A stretch of 63,885 bases of DNA, the filler included, from Globobulimina sp. (taxonomy: Eukaryota): the NCBI GenBank assembly GCA_003354225.1. It is 32 parts of 32 records of this genome, joined end to end, with 100 filler letters (N's around TTAATTAATTAA, not from the genome) between each part and the next. Parts side by side here need not be neighbours in the genome. Positions count along the whole stretch, not along the records: positions 32,009 to 33,907 come from PIVH01010777.1; positions 34,008 to 35,906 come from PIVH01010778.1; positions 36,007 to 37,905 come from PIVH01010779.1; positions 38,006 to 39,904 come from PIVH01010780.1; positions 40,005 to 41,903 come from PIVH01010781.1; positions 42,004 to 43,902 come from PIVH01010782.1; positions 44,003 to 45,901 come from PIVH01010783.1; positions 46,002 to 47,900 come from PIVH01010784.1; 24 more parts are not named here. One strand, written 5' to 3'. The notes under the pieces were generated by a model. That model did not search any database, was not told the DNA's origin, and saw only the letters and a program-made list of their open reading frames with translations. Below, piece after piece: positions 32,825 to 46,242 of this stretch (position 1 is its first letter; each line of letters opens with the position of its first letter). Made by a program: the position numbers and the translations under genes.

Positions 32825-33907
32825 TCAATAACCTCTCTGCGAATATTTCTTATTACTTCGGGATTTATACACTGTATTTTTATTTTTATACTGACTATAC
32901 TTTGCTTGCAAGGTGCTGGGCGAACTTTGCTTGCCATGAGCTCCGTTACTTTGCTGTTTTGTATACCCCGATGGCGTAAAGGTCCTCTTCTTTTTGCCGC
33001 CATTAAGATTGTTATACACATTCATATGTTTATTCGTGTCAATATTGGCCACGCCCACACCACCGGCACCAGTTCCATTTTTGTATGAATTATAAAAGAA
33101 TTCCTCCTCATCGTCAATCTCCAACTTACCCCTTCTTTTCCGCAATGACAACTTGACTTGATTTGGTATATTGAATTGTTTCTGTTTTAAATCCTCGACC
33201 AATAAGGTTTTGACAGCCAAGGCTTCGGTCAAAGTCTGGTTATACTGCGTTAAGGTTATCATATGTTTGTGATGCTCAGTTTGCGCATCGCTCATTTCCT
33301 GAGTTAAGGCTACGATTTGTTTCTGGAAATCAGTGCGTGAGGAAGACAATGAATCGATCAATTTCGACACTTCTTCCTTATATTGACCGTCTTGGCTTTG
33401 CTGTATAGATATTTATAAGGTTTATTTTGATATGTTGTGCGAGGATATATTGCCTGCATTGCATACCTGTAATTGTCTGATTTTTGTCTCATACATCTCC
33501 TTTAATTCACTTATTTGCTTTGAATGCTGCTTATTTGTGTAAGATAATTGTTTATGTAACGATGTTATTTCATTGTTGCCGGTGTTTAAGCGGTTTGTAT
33601 ATTCATTTAAAACTGAGGCCAACGCCTTTTCCAAGTCTTCATTGCGTTTCATTTGCTGTTCCAAAGCGAGTGTTTGTGCTTCAACGACGACCTCTAACTC
33701 TTTGACTTCGTCGTCGGTGGATTCTTCGATTAATTCGCGAGTTTCTTTTAATTTTTGCGAGAATAAAGCTATTTGGGCCATGTAGTTGTTTAAGTTTGAA
33801 ACTATGCTGTTATAGATCTCCCAGCCTTGGTCTTGTTCATCTGTATATTTATGCGATTATGCGGGTGGTTAATATGCATATATGGTATATAGAGAATTAT
33901 TGTATAT
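32825..33907 (-). CDS. Coiled-coil protein (multi-exon, 5' partial)
   Basis: Heptad-rich ORFs 33781-33422 and 33370-32825, separated by a GT-AG intron. Confidence 0.6.
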
Positions 33908-34007
33908 NNNNNNNNNNNNNNNNNNNNNNNNNNNNNNNNNNNNNNNNNNNNTTAATTAATTAANNNNNNNNNNNNNNNNNNNNNNNNNNNNNNNNNNNNN
34001 NNNNNNN

Positions 34008-34538
34008 GTATTTGTTGTGCTCCGCATACGTATCGATACCGACATCGCCATTCATCAACAAAATATTGAATAATTTTGCAATTTGCTTATCATTGCTGGT
34101 GTGGCCTAATTTGAGCAAACCTTTTTTGAATTCAATGAAGTCGACGTCGCCTTCTTTGGATTCGTCAAAATATTTATCAAAAATCTCGATAAATAAAGCG
34201 CGGTCGGTGTGGATTTCGCGTATTTCTTCAATTGGGTTGTAACGAGTTGGTGACATAATTTTGATACTGCTGGGTTTGCGCAGTAATTTAGGTTTTTTGT
34301 TAGTATTGGAAGGGAATGCAAAGGATTTGCGTGATATCATGGTATAATTTGTATTTGTCTCTGAGAATAAGTCCTCGTCTTCGTCATTTTCATCGTCTTC
34401 CATGGCCAACTCATTATTATTTAATTCGTTATCGTCTTCGTCGGATTCTAATTCAGACGGTTCTGGTAATCTGTATTGACTGTATTTTCGAGCCATTTTA
34501 GAAACTGTGTCATGGTACGAATCTGATCGCCTTTCCAT
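34008..34538 (-). CDS. EF-hand protein with acidic N-terminus (3' partial)
   Basis: FDKYFDESKEGDVDFIEFKKGL EF-hand loop. Confidence 0.65.
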
Positions 34539-34600
34539 GCAAAGATATATAGAAAAAGGAAAGATTTTAATTTTAAGAAAGTTTTCAGTGTTTTTTTTAT

Positions 34601-35266
34601 TTAGCAACAGTTTGAGAAACAACAAAATGGAAATGTACACCACATTTTATGCAGTTCTGTTTGAATGTCATTCGGTAAAATATCAGATTGAGTGCGTGAC
34701 AATTTGAAATTACCATAATCCATAAGCCACGTATATGCCCCAACGACAATTGAATCGTTTTTACCAACAATTGATTGGTACTCAATGGGTTTGCCACGTA
34801 TTGATCCTTTCATAGACAATCCCTTTGAAAATTTGCTGGAATATACTAATCTTTCATCTTCATCACGGTTTCCCTCATTGTCATTAGCATCCCCTCCGTA
34901 CGATGAGTTTGAGCCAGATGGTATATGTCCAATCACTTCAAATTTATTGACAGACGCACAGACCATAAGCATGCTAATTAAATCATAATGTACGATAACA
35001 CGGCACTTGAAATCTACATCACGCGGTATAGGATGGGGTAACACGGTTGTAATGCTACCAGACACCAAACCAAATTTGAACACCTCTGATCTAAACCAAC
35101 CACGTGCAATACAATAATTACTGGCTTCAAATTGTGTTTGTTTTAACCAATGTGAATGTTTCCGCACATTGCAATAATATATTAGCGAATTCAATGAACG
35201 GTAAGATACACGAATGCCAACCAAAGCAAGTGACACATATCCAAATGTTTCCAACCAAGAAGCCAT
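34601..35266 (-). CDS. Hypothetical protein with N-terminal TM
   Basis: 221-aa ORF; no family recognised. Confidence 0.5.
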   Translation of the reverse strand: MASWLETFGYVSLALVGIRVSYRSLNSLIYYCNVRKHSHWLKQTQFEASNYCIARGWFRSEVFKFGLVSGSITTVLPHPIPRDVDFKCRVIVHYDLISMLMVCASVNKFEVIGHIPSGSNSSYGGDANDNEGNRDEDERLVYSSKFSKGLSMKGSIRGKPIEYQSIVGKNDSIVVGAYTWLMDYGNFKLSRTQSDILPNDIQTELHKMWCTFPFCCFSNCC

Positions 35267-35383
35267 GAGTCAATTTCAGCACAATTATGATCCAATTATT
35301 TGACTGCCGCGAAAATGAAATGAAATGTAGAAAACTTTCAATATTTAAAAAATAAACTCAATATTTTCATCATCATCATCATC

Positions 35384-35906
35384 ATGGCAACTCCAGTTCA
35401 ATCCAACTCATCATTCAAACCATTTGCAATAGTAATTAAAAACCACTACCAACCAACGTACTCCCTCCGTCTCATCATCGACTCTGCAAACATGACCATT
35501 GGCAAATTAAAAAGTAAAATCGAACAGCAACACAAAGGTAACCCCTTAATACAAGATCAATTGTTGGTTTATCGTGGCAAATTATTGGAATCCAAAACCA
35601 ATCTGTTCCAACTCTTACAATCCTCCATAATCAAACCAACCTCACCCACAAACAACCACATCCCCGACGACGATACGCCATCGATGTACATCCACATGAC
35701 ATTACGTGGCGGTTCCGACACCGCCACAAAAATAGGACTCACCCAAAACACACCAGAACCGCCTCAAAACCCACCAAAACCTGTCCAACCGCCACCACCT
35801 GCACCTGAACCTGAACCAGAGGAGGAGCAAAAATATGAAAAACCCACATCATCCCAGGCCAATGAGACCATATCCCCTCAATTCACACCACATTCACATC
35901 CACGGC
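35384..35906 (+). CDS. Ubiquitin-like domain protein (HERP-like; 3' partial)
   Basis: TIGKLKSKI..NPLIQDQLLVYRGKLL..IHMTLRGG, then a Pro-rich region. Confidence 0.7.
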
Positions 35907-36196
35907 NNNNNNNNNNNNNNNNNNNNNNNNNNNNNNNNNNNNNNNNNNNNTTAATTAATTAANNNNNNNNNNNNNNNNNNNNNNNNNNNNNNNNNNNNNN
36001 NNNNNNAAATTGGAGATGTTAATAGTTGAAAACAATAAATCTCATTTTTAAGTTTTTATATTGCATCATTAATCATAAAGGGTTGGAAAAGTGTCGATGT
36101 ATAACTTGGTGCACAACTTTTACGACCTCTTTAAGATTACTGAAACATTCACATTTTGAATTTTTCCAAAAACAAATTAAACTCTCAGACATCAAA

Positions 36197-37905
36197 TCAA
36201 AATGGCTTATCTTTGACAATTGCAACTTTATCACAACGCACCAAACAATAAATGAGCAAGAAACATAAGATGAAGGCAACAAATATCAGTCCATTGCTCC
36301 CGATGCGTCCAATGATGCCTTTTGCATTCCTCCCGGCAACATTTGCGAGTTCCTCTTCCATGCCTTGTTTAATAATAACATCCAACTTATTTTCCACAAC
36401 AACACTGCTTTCTGCTTTCACCGGATTGAGTTTGGCTTTTTGAGCCTCTTTTTGCTTGGCCAACTTCGCCGCTCTCCGCGCATCACGCGTACTGTTGTCC
36501 GGCAATATTTGCTCAATGGGCCTGACGTCCAACTCATCCATACAAGAAAACGGATACATTGGCTCTCGCAAATAAAACTCATCCGATGGATATTTCTTAT
36601 CGATATCAATTTGCATAAAAGCAATGTTCCGCTGCATCATAAAACAGCGATACCACTTCAATCTGTCCTTTATCACATATTCCCACAACGGGATCAATGA
36701 TTTGATTTTGGTCGGGCCCAGCCACAAATTCTCGATTGTGGCTGCCGCATCCGGCCAGAGCTTGGCGTCCAGCACAGAGCCATCCACATTCTCCGCCCAC
36801 AAGCAAGCCTCGCCGCCAATGATATTCTTTTTTATTGCGGCGTCCATTCGCGCAGTTTTTTGCGGCCACAAATCCGCAAAATAGCGATCACTCAGCGGCT
36901 CATACCACCGATCTACATAAAACGGCGCAGTTATAATCAGCTTATAGCCTGCTTTTAACATTCTTGCTACATTTTTTTGCCACCGACTCTGCCAAACCAT
37001 CAATATCACATTTTTGGGGATCACGCTGCGAACTTTGACATATAAGTCATCCCACGATATCAGCACACGGTCTTCGTACTTTTCAAAGATCTCAAACAAT
37101 TTGGTCACAGTGAACGCATTTATTTTGATGCCAGCCGCTTTTGCACGTCTCCGAATGCCCGAATAGTGGATGGATGCTATCTCATTGTCAATAAACCATT
37201 GGTGTAACTTTGAGTTGTTTTTAAAACATTGGTAGTTTGCTTCGTCGTTGCCAATATGGATATATTTGTCGTTGAAGACTTTGCTTATTTCGTCATACAC
37301 AGCTTCCACCACTTTGAAAGTTAATGGTTTGGAGGGATCCAACACACCGCTCGTGCTGTGATGACAAGTGACATTCAAACAAATATCAAAAGCTTTACAC
37401 CACGAACCAACGTGTCCCGGCACATCAAATTCGGGAATCACGCGAATGCCGCGGATGTTTGCATAATATATAATGTCCTCGATATCGTTTAAAGAGTAGC
37501 GTTCCTGCGCACTGTGACAGCCTTTGTTGTACAAATCGGCCAAATCAAAGTGCTCGAATTTACCAGAAATAGGGAAAGGCCACGATTGGTCATCGACCAT
37601 ATGCCAATGGAACACGTTATATTTTGCAAAAGCAATGCTGTCAATAAAATGTTTGATGAAGAGCACGGGTTGAAAGTGCCGCGCCGTATCTAAGAGAACA
37701 CCTTTTTGTTTTTAACACATTGCATTGAAGTGTTTGCATTGCAACAGATAAATATATATGAATTTAATCAGTAATCAGCAAACCTCTGTATTGGAAATAG
37801 GGGAAATCCAGAATATATCCGACATACTGCAGCTTATAAACATTAATATTGAAGTCATAATAAATGAGTTGAGATAGTGTTTCTATTGCACGTAATGCGC
37901 CAAAT
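36197..37905 (-). CDS. GH20 beta-hexosaminidase with C-terminal TM (5' partial)
   Basis: GVLLDTARHF, NVFHWHMVDDQSWP, RGIRVIPEFDVPGH, HIGNDE, IIGGEACLWAE; intron about 37703-37783. Confidence 0.92.
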
Positions 37906-38640
37906 NNNNNNNNNNNNNNNNNNNNNNNNNNNNNNNNNNNNNNNNNNNNTTAATTAATTAANNNNNNNNNNNNNNNNNNNNNNNNNNNNNNNNNNNNNNN
38001 NNNNNCAAATCAAAGATAGATTGGGTGGTATGGCAGTTTAACGCAAGGGATATTAAATTATATGTGTTTAAGTTACGACACTACGAAATATAAATATTGT
38101 GAGTCCAATGGGCAGCCATTAGCTCCCGCTGTAAAGCCAGAGGAAGAGATCTATGAAATATTAGCAGATGTTCCCGGATGGTTTGATGATTTCAAAGGTG
38201 TTTAGGGCTAAATTGTGAATATAATAAATTATACAGAGTGCGTTGTAAATGATTATTAAATGAATATATTTTACATTTTTTAAAGGAATTTAGATATAGT
38301 ATTGTGATGTGATGGTGGTTTGTTTTTGGAAATGCGTTTCTAAAATAATATCACCGGATTTGTTACTGGCCGGTAACTTGTTATTTATTTTCTTTTTAAA
38401 GTGTAATTTTGTTTGTTTTGTCGTCATTTTATAGAATAAATAATATTTTTTGAAATTCACAACATGTACAGTAGGATAACAAATATCCGACGCTAAAATA
38501 AATAAAATCTGACATGGTCGAATGTAATTACACCGGTTGGTTCATCCGCCAATGTTAGAAATGTCAATTGTTAACTGTTTTTGACGTCAACTTCACCTCA
38601 TCAACAAAAAAACCTTTCACCCAATCTTTTGTACTCTCAC

Positions 38641-39904
38641 ATGTCAACTGACACACCTGATACAAAAATGACTGACAATACAACTGACACAAACGGAATC
38701 AAATCCGAAGCTTCCAACCCAATGACAACCGATATCTCAAACCCCACACAAAACAACGACTCCACCACAAACAACACACACGACATCGATGTCAAACAAG
38801 AGAGGAAATCTCGTCGTAAAAAATCCAAAAGAAAACATTCTGATTCTGACTCACATTCCGATTCAGAGTCATCGCATTCTGCCTCTTCTCGCTCCCATTC
38901 CCGTTCTAAAAAAGTTAAAAAAAAGAGAAGAAAGAAACGTCGCAAACGATCAAGGTATGGCTCGCCATTCCTTTTCCTTTTCCATTTCACATTTTATCCT
39001 TGCACCAATGTCCGAATTTGCGTGAAAATTCCACTCAACAAAACACCCAAAACCCATATTCAAAAATAATCAGTTCATACTCGTCCAACGATTCACGCGC
39101 AAAAACACGCAAAAAACGACGAAACCGGCGTAAAAGAAGTCGATCTCGTTCCTATTCCTCGCGCTCTCGCTCTCGCAGTCGAGGCCGATCGTATTCGCGC
39201 AGCGCATCCCGTGACGACAAAGCAAGCAACACCGCACATAATGCCTCCTCTCGCAACGACCATTACAACGGCAAAAATAACACAAGTGGCGGATATAATG
39301 ACTCCTCGTATTCCAGACACGGCAACAACGGCGGCGGCGGAGGCGGTGGTTATGGCGGCGGATATAACCAAAACCAAACCCGACACCACAACGGCAACGG
39401 TGGCGGTGGCGGCCATTACGGTCAATCTTCAAATTCCTATGGTTCAAAGTATGTATTTATGCATTTTTTTTTATGTAAATCCCCTGTTTTTTTTGCCTAA
39501 AATAAGTTTGGTTTTCTCTCTATAAAAATCCATACAAAAATAAAAAAAAATGCAGTAACACTGAAACATTTTGAAAGATGAAAATGAAATTTGAATGTCA
39601 ATCATTTGTGGGATGACAAAAAAAAGAAAATAGAACATGTACAGATGAAAATTTGTTGCCTTATGCATGCACAGTACATTGAGAGAGAAAACAAACTGAA
39701 ACCAAACACAACTGGTATTCTGACCATTTTTTTTTGTTTACTTCTATTTTTTAGCAGGAATTCATCCAAATACACCCGCGAAGACCGAGAAAACCCGCCC
39801 AAATCGCGCGTGTTGGGCTGTTTTGGGCTCTCTCAAAGGACGGGGGAGGGGGAGTTACGAGACGTGTTCGAAAGGTACGGCATTATGGAGAAAGTGAAGT
39901 TGAT
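38641..39904 (+). CDS. Transformer-2-like SR/RRM splicing factor (multi-exon, 3' partial)
   Basis: RS-rich and Gly-rich exons, then RENPPKSRVLGCFGLSQRTGEGELRDVFERYG. Confidence 0.75.
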
Positions 39905-40004
39905 NNNNNNNNNNNNNNNNNNNNNNNNNNNNNNNNNNNNNNNNNNNNTTAATTAATTAANNNNNNNNNNNNNNNNNNNNNNNNNNNNNNNNNNNNNNNN
40001 NNNN

Positions 40005-41903
40005 AAGATCTCTGAATACTTCATCGCCGACTTGCCGGGATATCCCGTGGGGCCAAGGACCACCGGGCCTGGTGGCCGGAAACTGGGCGGTTTGGCGGGA
40101 ACTCGCAGTTTGGGCGGCAACAAAGGCAAAAAGATACGCAGTTTTAGCGACCGATTGAAGGGGAAATTCGGTCGGTTTCGCGGCAATTTGTCGGGCAAAC
40201 GAGTGAATTTCAGTGGTCGTACGGTGATATCGCCAGATCCCAATTTAGATCTGGATGAGTTGGGAGTGCCTCGCGATGTTTGTAAGTTGCTCACTTTCGC
40301 GGAGATGGTGACAAAGTTTAACATCGAACTGATGCGCAAAGCCATACTAAATGGACCCGATAAGTATCCCGGCGCTGTGTCGTATGGCCTATGTATCGGA
40401 GTGAATAGATACAAACAAATATCTTTACAGAAAGTGAAATTTCGACTGAATATCGCATTTAATAAATTAAAGTATGGCGATATGGTGGAACGGCACTTGG
40501 TTTATGGAGATCTGGTTTTGTTTAATCGGCAGCCGTCATTGCATAGAGTGAGTATCATGTGCCATCGGGTCAAACCTGTGCCATTTCGCACTTTTCGGTT
40601 CAATCCGTGTTGCTGTAACCCGTACAATGCAGATTTCGACGGCGATGAGATGAACATTCACGCACCGCAGACCTTGATGGCTCGCGCGGAAGCTTCGAGT
40701 TTGATGAATGTGACAAAGAATTTCTGTGCTCCCAAGTCTGCAGATCCGCTGGTTGTGCCTTTGCAGGATATTATAACTTCCACTTATTTGTTGACATTGA
40801 AGCGCGTATTTTTGGATAAGACTGCGGTGCAGCAACTGATTGGATTTATGGATAATTGTTGCATTAAATATAAATATGTCATGCCATTGCCTGCCATCTT
40901 GAAACCTGTTCGCTTATGGACCGGCAAACAAATATTTAGCATGATACTGAAACCGAATGAGGATGAAAATGAACATTGGCCCGTCATCAATTTGGAGACC
41001 GCAGCTCGGAATTATGGAACTGACAAATATATGGATATAAAGGATGGATTTGTGGTGCTCCGCAACAGTGAGTTAATGTGCGGCAACATTGACAAAAACA
41101 TTCTAGGTTCGACTACAAAAGGACTGTTTTTCCGAATGTTACGGGATTATGGCTCTGCGCAGACCGCCCGTTGCATGAATCGGTTAACTAAATTATCGAC
41201 GCGCTTTTTGCAACTTTATGGCTTTAGCATTGGTATTGGCGATGTTACGGCGACGCAGAAATTGAAAAACATACAGAATGGATTAATCAATGCCGGATAT
41301 GACAAATGTAATGATTTTCTGCAAAGTTACAAGAATGGTTCACTGAAAGCGGAGCCCGGCTGCACTTTGGAAGTCACGTTGGAATCTAAAATGAATACAA
41401 CTTTGTCGCAAATCCGAGAGGATGCCGGCAAGCAATGCATCAAAAACCTGTCCTATTATCATAATGCTCCATTGATTATGGCTGAATGTGGCAGCAAAGG
41501 CAGCAAAATAAACATATCGCAGATGGTGGCATGTGTGGGACAACAAACTGTCGGCGGTTCGCGCGTAAAAAACCAATTTATACATCGCACATTGCCACAT
41601 TTCACGATTGAAAATAATCGGCGTGCAAAAGCAAAAGGTTTTGTCGAAAACTCATTTTTTACCGGCATCACTGCCACGGAGTTTTTCTTCCATACTATGG
41701 GCGGTAGGGAGGGTTTGGTGGACACCGCAGTTAAAACTGCGACGACCGGATATATGCAACGGAGGTTAATGAAAAACATCGAAGACGTCCAAATCGAGTA
41801 CGATTTCACAGTCCGAAACTGCAAAAAGCAAATCGTACAATTCTTTTTTGGACACGATGGCATTGACCCAATGCACTGCGAATCCAAGAAGAATGTGGTT
41901 AAT
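40005..41903 (+). CDS. RPC1: RNA polymerase III largest subunit (internal fragment)
   Basis: RLKGKFGRFRGNLSGKRVNFSGRTVISPDPNL, NADFDGDEMN, FFFHTMGGREGLVDTAVKTA. Confidence 0.92.
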
Positions 41904-42225
41904 NNNNNNNNNNNNNNNNNNNNNNNNNNNNNNNNNNNNNNNNNNNNTTAATTAATTAANNNNNNNNNNNNNNNNNNNNNNNNNNNNNNNNNNNNNNNNN
42001 NNNTTTTTGTTGGTTTAAAGGCAAAGTACCATAGACACCTAGGTGTCGTTAATTACGTAATTGATATCTGAATGACTAGCTTGCAAAAACAAGTTATTAA
42101 ACGACTTGTATTTTCCAGAAATTTCCCGTTGGGTGAAATCATGGAGCTTGAATGTTATAACTTATAATATATATTCTATACTTACTGCCAGTGTGTATAT
42201 AGAAGTTAATTTAATTACAAGTTAA

Positions 42226-43781
42226 TCATTGAATTTCTTTAAGCCATCGCTGAAGTATTTCAACTTCTTGTTGTCTCGCACTTGTTACATCCGGCGGATC
42301 AGCTACATTTTTGCCTCTTAAATCGATATGATGTGCACCCGATGGTATAATAACAGCAGGTAACTGGGGACCAAGTGACTGCATATAACCACCGCCATGC
42401 CAAGGGTCCAATAAACCATTACTAAATATAATTTTACTGGTAACCTCCGGTGATATACCCAATGGAAACCATATACGCATAGGTTCCTGCTGTGGCACTA
42501 CACCAAATTGCTGTTTACAATATTGTGTTAACGCAGCTATGTCCCATGTATAAGGCGGAAACATATCAGTAACATTGTTTGTAATTTGTGACACAACCAC
42601 CTCTGTACACATTTGATAATTCCATGCTGTCGAATCAGTCCCTAAACCACATCCAGTTTGATCTGCACATTCAATATATTCAGCTGTCAAATTAAAACAT
42701 TTCAAATCATTTCCATACGATGCATTATAATAGAAACCAACTGCTTCACTTATTACATATTTGCAAGAGACATTTTATGCATGCAAGGTGAGTCAAATAT
42801 GATCAATGATAAAAAATGTTGAATATATGACATCATTGATCATATTTGGGCCAATATATGCTATGTTATTCGTTGTTTTTTGCATGACATTTACCTTAAT
42901 GCCTGCATCGGATTTGATTGATGTTGGATCAATAAATCGCATGACACATTAACAGGCCACGCAGGCAAACTTCCCAAGAAAGCAGCAGGATATGGATAAT
43001 CCACCATAGCCATGGTTAAAAATGCATTTCTGCTCCAATCGATAAAATGGCTCCATTCATCTGACGATAGAGGTGAACATAAATTAAATGTATCTGTAAT
43101 AAGTTGATAATTACTCTCATTCGCTGCATCGAATACCGATGAATATCCACTCCGTACAATATCTGGACATCGTGTATCCACATTATAATAATCATCGGTC
43201 ACCAATTCAAAAAATACCGTTCCATTCGTTACATCCAACGTTTGTGGTATCGGTGCTGATGCAGCCAAAGCCATATCAAACAATACAGGATAATGTATAC
43301 GGCACAAAGCAGCCAACACACCGCCATAACTACCGCCCAATACAATTACTTTGGAATTTGGGATGGAATATTTATTTTTCATCGCATGTATAAATTGGGC
43401 AAAATCAGCCACTGCATTTTCCATCGTTAAATATTGTAATGCTGCGGGTCTAAAATTGTCACCAAATGGATGCGTCTCGCCATAATATCTGTGTTCGCAA
43501 AATATGACTAATGCACCGAATTGAGGCGCATTGTCAAACATAAAACCCGTATTGTTATAATATGATTCGATATTGCCTTCATTTCCTGCATATAAAAATA
43601 TTACACCGTTATCTTTCTGATCCCAGGCACCGTCATATACTAAGTATCTTTGTTGAAATGTTCTGGTGTCCTGCGGGTTAAAATGATCTAATCGTTGCGT
43701 GTACCAATATTGTTGGTATGGAGGCGGGGTTTGACAATAACAAGTTACCAATACTGTCAACAACACAGCAAGCAGTGCCAT
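42226..43781 (-). CDS. S28 serine peptidase (prolylcarboxypeptidase/DPP2-like), two exons
   Basis: QRLDHF, EHRYYG, GGSYGG, NGLLDPW, GAHHIDL; signal peptide; intron 42894-42749. Confidence 0.93.
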
Positions 43782-44002
43782 GAGAGAATCTTTAGTCAGC
43801 TCAAAAAAAGTTTGTGATTCTGTATGATGCTCGGTTTTGTCCCTTTGTTTATTCTGCTGTTCCATTTTTTCGTGTCGTGTTTTACCAAATAATATGTGCG
43901 AGNNNNNNNNNNNNNNNNNNNNNNNNNNNNNNNNNNNNNNNNNNNNTTAATTAATTAANNNNNNNNNNNNNNNNNNNNNNNNNNNNNNNNNNNNNNNNNN
44001 NN

Positions 44003-45901
44003 GCGGCAATCGAGCTCAGCGAGGAGTCCCTGAACAAATTTCAGAGACTGCCACAAAACAACACTTACCTCTTTACTGTGCATCGCTAGACATACGCAAG
44101 GCATTTGATACTGTGTGGCGCAAAGGATTGCTCTTCAAATTGCACCACCACTTTGATATACCAATTAATATCTGCAAGACCATAAAAGCCATATATGACA
44201 ATTCCCATTCGGCGATACGAGATATCCCGTTTATAACAGAAATGTTCTTATTACATAATGGCGTATTGCAAGGCTCCGTACTCAGTCCCATTATATTTGC
44301 TGCCTTCATTAATGATATGATAAACACCCTGCAAGCCTCTGGAAATGGCGCCACTTCCCCTGATATAAATAAATTAATCGCCTGCATTTTCTACGCCGAT
44401 GATGTCGTGTTGTTGGCGAATTCCATTGACAAACTTTCGGCGCTCCTAAATATTTGCGAGCAGCACAGTAAAGACTGGGCGTACACTTTCAACGCCAACA
44501 AATGCAAAACGATGATTTTTAATGATCCAGACATACTGCAAAACAATACCAACCATTATAGCACTGCACAAAAACAAATTATTACCCACGAATACCACAC
44601 TGCACTGACACGAATAAACCAAAAAGAAGCGCCAATGGTGATAATCCAACGCCCCACAAACCACACAGTTATGGCAGTAAACATTGATGGCCAGATCTGC
44701 ACCTATAACAACGACGAAATACCACAAGACATCCTTAATAATTTCATCCAACACTGCAACTATTATAAAAACAAAATCGCCAACAAACCATACCACATCA
44801 TATGGAAACAAATAATACGCGATGATAGCTGGGCGATATCCAAAATGCATCACATGTGTCTAATGTATGGCAAACCATTGCAGATGGTGTCCCATCTACG
44901 CTATCTAGGTGCTCACCTTTGTTCGTATGACATTGACAACCTAGTATCCAGCAGCTGTACCAATGCGGTATTTCTAAATAAACTTGATCAGAAAGCGAGA
45001 GTGCTCAGCCATTTAGACTTTAACCATAGTTTTATTTCACTAAGTGACAAAATACGCATTTTAAAAACCTCCTTGCTGGTTTACACAGAGATATTCGCTC
45101 AAGTTTTAGATTGCAAAGCAATAAACCTAGTCTCCGCCCTTGAAAAACAGATAAAAGTCATTCACAAACAAACACAAATCAAAAATTTCAGATTCGACCA
45201 ATTCTCCATCTTTTCAGGCATCCCTTCACCGTCAGAAAGATGGGTGGTTCTGAAACTTGCCTTCTATTGGAAATTAACACAAAACGACCCCATTTCCTAT
45301 ATGCATATATGGAGCAGTTTGCCAAACATACTCAATTATACATTATATAAACAATACCACGATCTCAAAACCAAATGGCTCCCAAACACAATCCAATTGA
45401 TTGAAGGCATTCCTGTTAACACTGATATATTTGAAACTGTTACGGGTCCCTCAGAATTGCGCCCAATTATTGTGAAAAATCAACACAAAAAACTGGTAAA
45501 TACATTCCATGATTATCATCCCCTCAAAGTTCTCGAGCACCATCTCTCTGACTATAAGGCGATGAATACCTATGAGCTCCCTGACTTAGACGATTTCGTC
45601 AAAGCCCGCATGATACCGCTCTACCGAGAACTATTCTATTTTTATAATCAAAAACGAAATTTCTGCGAACTCTGCGCCAAAGCCACAACCATCCCAATTG
45701 AAACCCACCTTTGTATCCAATGTCCGGTCCTAAGCAACTTCCGCTATGTTTATTGGAATCATGCACGTGCAGGATTTGCCAGATTAGGTTCCAAAATCAA
45801 TAAATTCCATAACCAAATCTTCATGCAGCGCATAATCGAGTTCTGTGAGGATGTGCGAGTCGACAATGATATGCTATGGAGAATCATCTGTGGTGCCAAC
45901 T
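44003..45901 (+). mobile_element. Non-LTR retrotransposon ORF2 fragment (RT plus CCHC)
   Basis: LDIRKAFDTV, GVLQGSVLSP, FYADD, RYLG, CELC...HLCIQC. Confidence 0.92.
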
Positions 45902-46242
45902 NNNNNNNNNNNNNNNNNNNNNNNNNNNNNNNNNNNNNNNNNNNNTTAATTAATTAANNNNNNNNNNNNNNNNNNNNNNNNNNNNNNNNNNNNNNNNNNN
46001 NCAAAAAATACCTGGTTGATTTTGGTCCATTGTCTGGGAAATTCCGTAAAAACTGGCAAAAAGCTGTTACTTACTGAGTATCCCTTACCGTACATCAGAT
46101 ACTTTGGCAAATGAAATAAGACTCTGCAAAACGTGTTGTCCTGTTGTCGTCCAGAATGATATAATGTAGCTGCACACTGATTTTATCACGCAAATACGTC
46201 ACATGCAATCGCCGCGCTTGAACAAAACAACAAATTGATGAC

